Below, in pieces: positions 60,501 through 64,000 of a stretch of 64,000 bases of DNA (position 1 is the stretch's first letter; every line of letters begins with the position of its first letter). Made by a program: the position numbers and the translations under genes. Origin of the DNA: Balanoglossus misakiensis (Eukaryota; Animalia; Hemichordata); assembly GCA_040954595.2 (NCBI GenBank), contig CM082582.2:2030303-2094302 (forward strand). The letters are read 5' to 3'. A model generated the notes under the pieces. It was given only the letters and a program-made list of their open reading frames with translations. It did not search any database and was not told the DNA's origin.

Positions 60501-63500
60501 CCTGGCAGCAATAGTAGTCACGTAAACAAAATCATGACTGTTGTGCTTTTTAACTAGAGACATATCCAAGTAGATCAAGGGTCATTTCCAAAATTATCAA
60601 AATATTTGGGTTATGTCATGTCAGCAATAAAACTCATGTAGATCAAGAGTCATTGCCAAAATTATCAAAATATTTGGTATATGTCCTGGCAGCAATAAAA
60701 TTCATGTTAACAAAATCATGACTGATGTGCTTTTTAACAAGAGCCATATCCAAGTAGATCAAGGGTCATTGCCAAAATTATCAAAATATTTGGGTTATGT
60801 CCTGGCAGCAATAAAACTCGTGTGAACACAATCATGACTGTTGTGCTTTTTAACAAGAGACATATCCAAGAAGATCAAGGGTCATTACCAAAATTATCAA
60901 AATATTTGGGTTATGTCCTGGCAGCAATAAAACTCATGTGAACACAATCATGACTGTTGTGCTTTTTATCAAGAGACATATCCAAGTAGATCAAGGGTCA
61001 TTGCCAAAATTATCAAAATATTTGGGTTATGTCCTGGCAGCAATAAAACTCATGTGAACAAAATAATGACTGTTGTGCTTTTTAACAAGAGACATATCCA
61101 AGTAGATCAAGAGTCATTGCCAAAATTATCAAAATATTTGGTACTGATGTGCTTTTTAACAAGAGCCATATCCACATAAAATTAAGTTCTGGAATTACTG
61201 GGTCAAAGGACATGCGAGAGTTGCCAACAAATTGTTGGCAAAAATTAATTTGTTTGTTTTCAATGAGTATGCTAGAAATAGGAAATCTTAGTTTTTAATC
61301 AGTGTTCAGAGAAATCCAATTTGGCTCCAATAAGGTGACACCAATCACATTTCACTTGAAAACTTGATTAGAAAACGTCTGTTTGAATTTTTTATGAGTT
61401 TTTTTTCAAAATTCCAATAAGGCATTCAAAGTCACATGGCTGCTAACGATATTATTGTCAAACTTTTAACTGCACAGTATGGATCAAAGAACATGTGAAA
61501 GTTGCCAAAATATGTAACGTATTCTAATCATATGGTGACTCGTATCCATATAAAGAAATTGTGTGCTTTCAATGAGTAGGCTAGAAATAGGGAATTTTAG
61601 TTTTTAATCGGGGTTCAGAAAATCCAATTTAGCTCTGATAAGGTTACACCAACCACAATTCACTTGAAAACTTTATTAGAAAAAGATTTTTTGTAATTTT
61701 TAATGAGATTTTTAAAAAATCTAATAAGGCACCCAAAGTCACATGACCACTAATGATATTTTTGTCAAACTTTCAACCCTACAGTAAACTACAATTTGAT
61801 TGGCCCTGTAGTTTATGAAAATGTCAACTTTTAAAAGTTATTAGAAAATCCAATATGGCCGCCATGAAGAAGACAATTAGAGCTACAAGCAGCATTGGAG
61901 TGGCCAAAGTGGTTAGCATGGTTCCAACAGAAAGTGAAGGCTGTATCTGTTGTGGATGCCTAGAAATGGTAAAGTACGCCAGAGGTGATGCAAAATGTGC
62001 CAACAAAATTTGATACCAAACTGATCAGTGTCCAACAACAAGCAGACTTCTACGCTTTATTGGTTAACTTTAAATAGCTTATATACATAATTATTGTGTT
62101 AAGGTTAATACATGTATTTCATTAGGTGTTCCGGTCCTCTAAATTTAAAAGCTGTATCTGCTGTGCATATCAAGTTTTGGAAATGTAGATCAAGGGTCAT
62201 TGCCAAAATTATCAAAATATTTGGGTTATGTCCTGGCAGCAATAAAACTCATGTGAACAAAATCATGACTGCTGTGCTTTTTGACAAGAGACATACCCAA
62301 GTAGATCAAGGGTCATTGCAAAAATTATCAAAATATTTGGGTTATGCCCTGGCAGCAGTAGTACTTGTGTGAACAAATCATGACTGTTGTGCTTTTAACA
62401 AGAGACATATCCAAGTAGATCAAGGGTCATTGCCAAAATTATCAAAATATTTGGGTTATGTCCTGACAGCAATAGAATTCATGTGAACACAATCATGACT
62501 GTTGTGCTTTTTAACAAGAGACATATCCAAGTAGATCAAGAGTCATTGCCAAAATTATCAAAATATTTGGGTTAAGTCCTGGCAGCAATAAAACTCATTT
62601 AAACACAATCATGACTGTTGTGCTTTTTAACAAGAGACATATCCAAGTAGATCAAGGGTCATTGCCAAAATTATCAAAATATTTTGGTTATGTCCTGGCA
62701 GCAATAAAACTCATGTGAACACAATCATGACTGTTGTGCTTTTTATCAAGAGACATATCCAAGTAGATCAAGGGTCATGGCCAAAATTATAAAAATATTT
62801 GGGTTATGTCCTGGCAGCAATAAAACTCGTGTGAACACAATCATGAATGTTGTGCTTTTTAACAAGAGACATATCCAAGTAGATCAAGGGTCATTGCCAA
62901 AATTATCAAAATATTTGGGTTATGTCTTGGCAGCAATAGTAGTCACGTAAACAAAATCATGACTGTTGTGCTTTTTAACAAGAGACATATCCAAGTAGAT
63001 CAAGGGTCATTGCCAAAATTATCAAAATATTTTGGTTATGTCCTGGCAGCAATAAAACTCATGTGAACACAATAATGACTGTTGTGCTTTTTAACAAGAA
63101 ACATATCAGAGTAGATCAAGGGTCATTGCCAAAATTATCAAAATATTTGTGTTATGTCCTGACAGCAATAAAACTCGTGTGAACACAATCATGACTGTTG
63201 TGCTCTTTAACAAGAGACATATCAAAGAAGATCAAGGGTCATTGCCATAATTATCAAAATATTTGGGTTATGTCCTGGCAGCAATAAAACTCATGTGAAC
63301 AAAATAATGACTGTTGTGCTTTTTAACAAGAGACATATCCAAGTAGATCAAGAGTCATTGCCAAAATTATCAAAATATTTGGTATATGTCCTGGCAGCAA
63401 TAAAACTCATGTGAGCACAATCATGACTGTTGTGCTTTTTATCAAGAGACATATCCAAGTAGATCAAGGGTCATTGCCAAAATTATCAAAATATTTGGGT

Positions 63501-64000
63501 TAAGTCATGGCAGCAATAGTAGTCACGTAAACAAAATCATGACTGTTGTGCTTTTTAACAAGAGACATATCCAAGTAGATCAAGGGTCATGGCCAAAATT
63601 ATCAAAATATTTGGGTTATGTCCTGGCAGCAATAAAACTCGTGTGAACACAATCATGACTGTTGTGCTTTTTATCAAGAGACATATCCAAGTAGATCAAG
63701 GGTCATTGCCAAGATTATCAAAATATTTGGGTTAAGTCCTGGCAGCAATAGTAGTCACGTAAACAAAATCATGACTGTTGTGCTTTTTAACTAGAGACAT
63801 ATCCAAGTAGATCAAGGGTCATTTCCAAAATTATCAAAATATTTGGGTTATGTCATGTCAGCAATAAAACTCATGTAGATCAAGAGTCATTGCCAAAATT
63901 ATCAAAATATTTGGTATATGTCCTGGCAGCAATAAAATTCATGTTAACAAAATCATGACTGATGTGCTTTTTAACAAGAGCCATATCCAAGTAGATCAAG
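57590..64000. repeat. 116-bp satellite blocks inside a macro-repeat (1355-bp then 3237-bp period)
   Basis: The unit GTAGATCAAGGGTCATTGCCAAAATTATC...CATATCCAA has a period of 116 (59178 to 59294). Spacer ORFs recur at 57232/58587/61824 and 57520/58875/62112. Confidence 0.95.

Noticed and set aside
57232-62372. Hydrophobic 60-aa and 86-aa ORFs in three copies
   Set aside because: They lie in the macro-repeat spacer, with no splice or domain support.

Overview
AT-rich, repeat-dense eukaryotic DNA, probably from a marine invertebrate (inferred from TE content). No host gene is evident. About half the window is tandem repeat: an A-tract satellite (1-7609), a ~195-bp higher-order satellite (38030-53960) and a 116-bp satellite within a 3.2-kb macro-repeat (~57590-64000). 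The centre is a three-level TE nest. A decayed Gmr1-type Gypsy LTR retrotransposon lies on the minus strand (5' LTR 30026-31322, tRNA-Pro PBS, gag-PR-IN-RT). Its gag is split by an apparently intact 10,641-bp DNA transposon (18661-29301) with perfect 50-bp TIRs, a 6-bp TSD (GCTGCA) and 21-bp subterminal minisatellites; it is IS3EU-like. This transposon carries an intact DDE transposase and, convergently, an 8-exon, 661-aa gene (SAM / Ubl-like / C2HC finger / HECT E3 ligase) whose last intron holds a Harbinger-type MITE. The main observation is that both transposon proteins begin with homologous SAM-like domains (19/53 identical, gapless), suggesting a SAM-coupled transposase and ubiquitin-ligase system. 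The HECT domain also appears to lack its E2-binding subdomain. All alignments and exon models were done by eye; no databases were searched.
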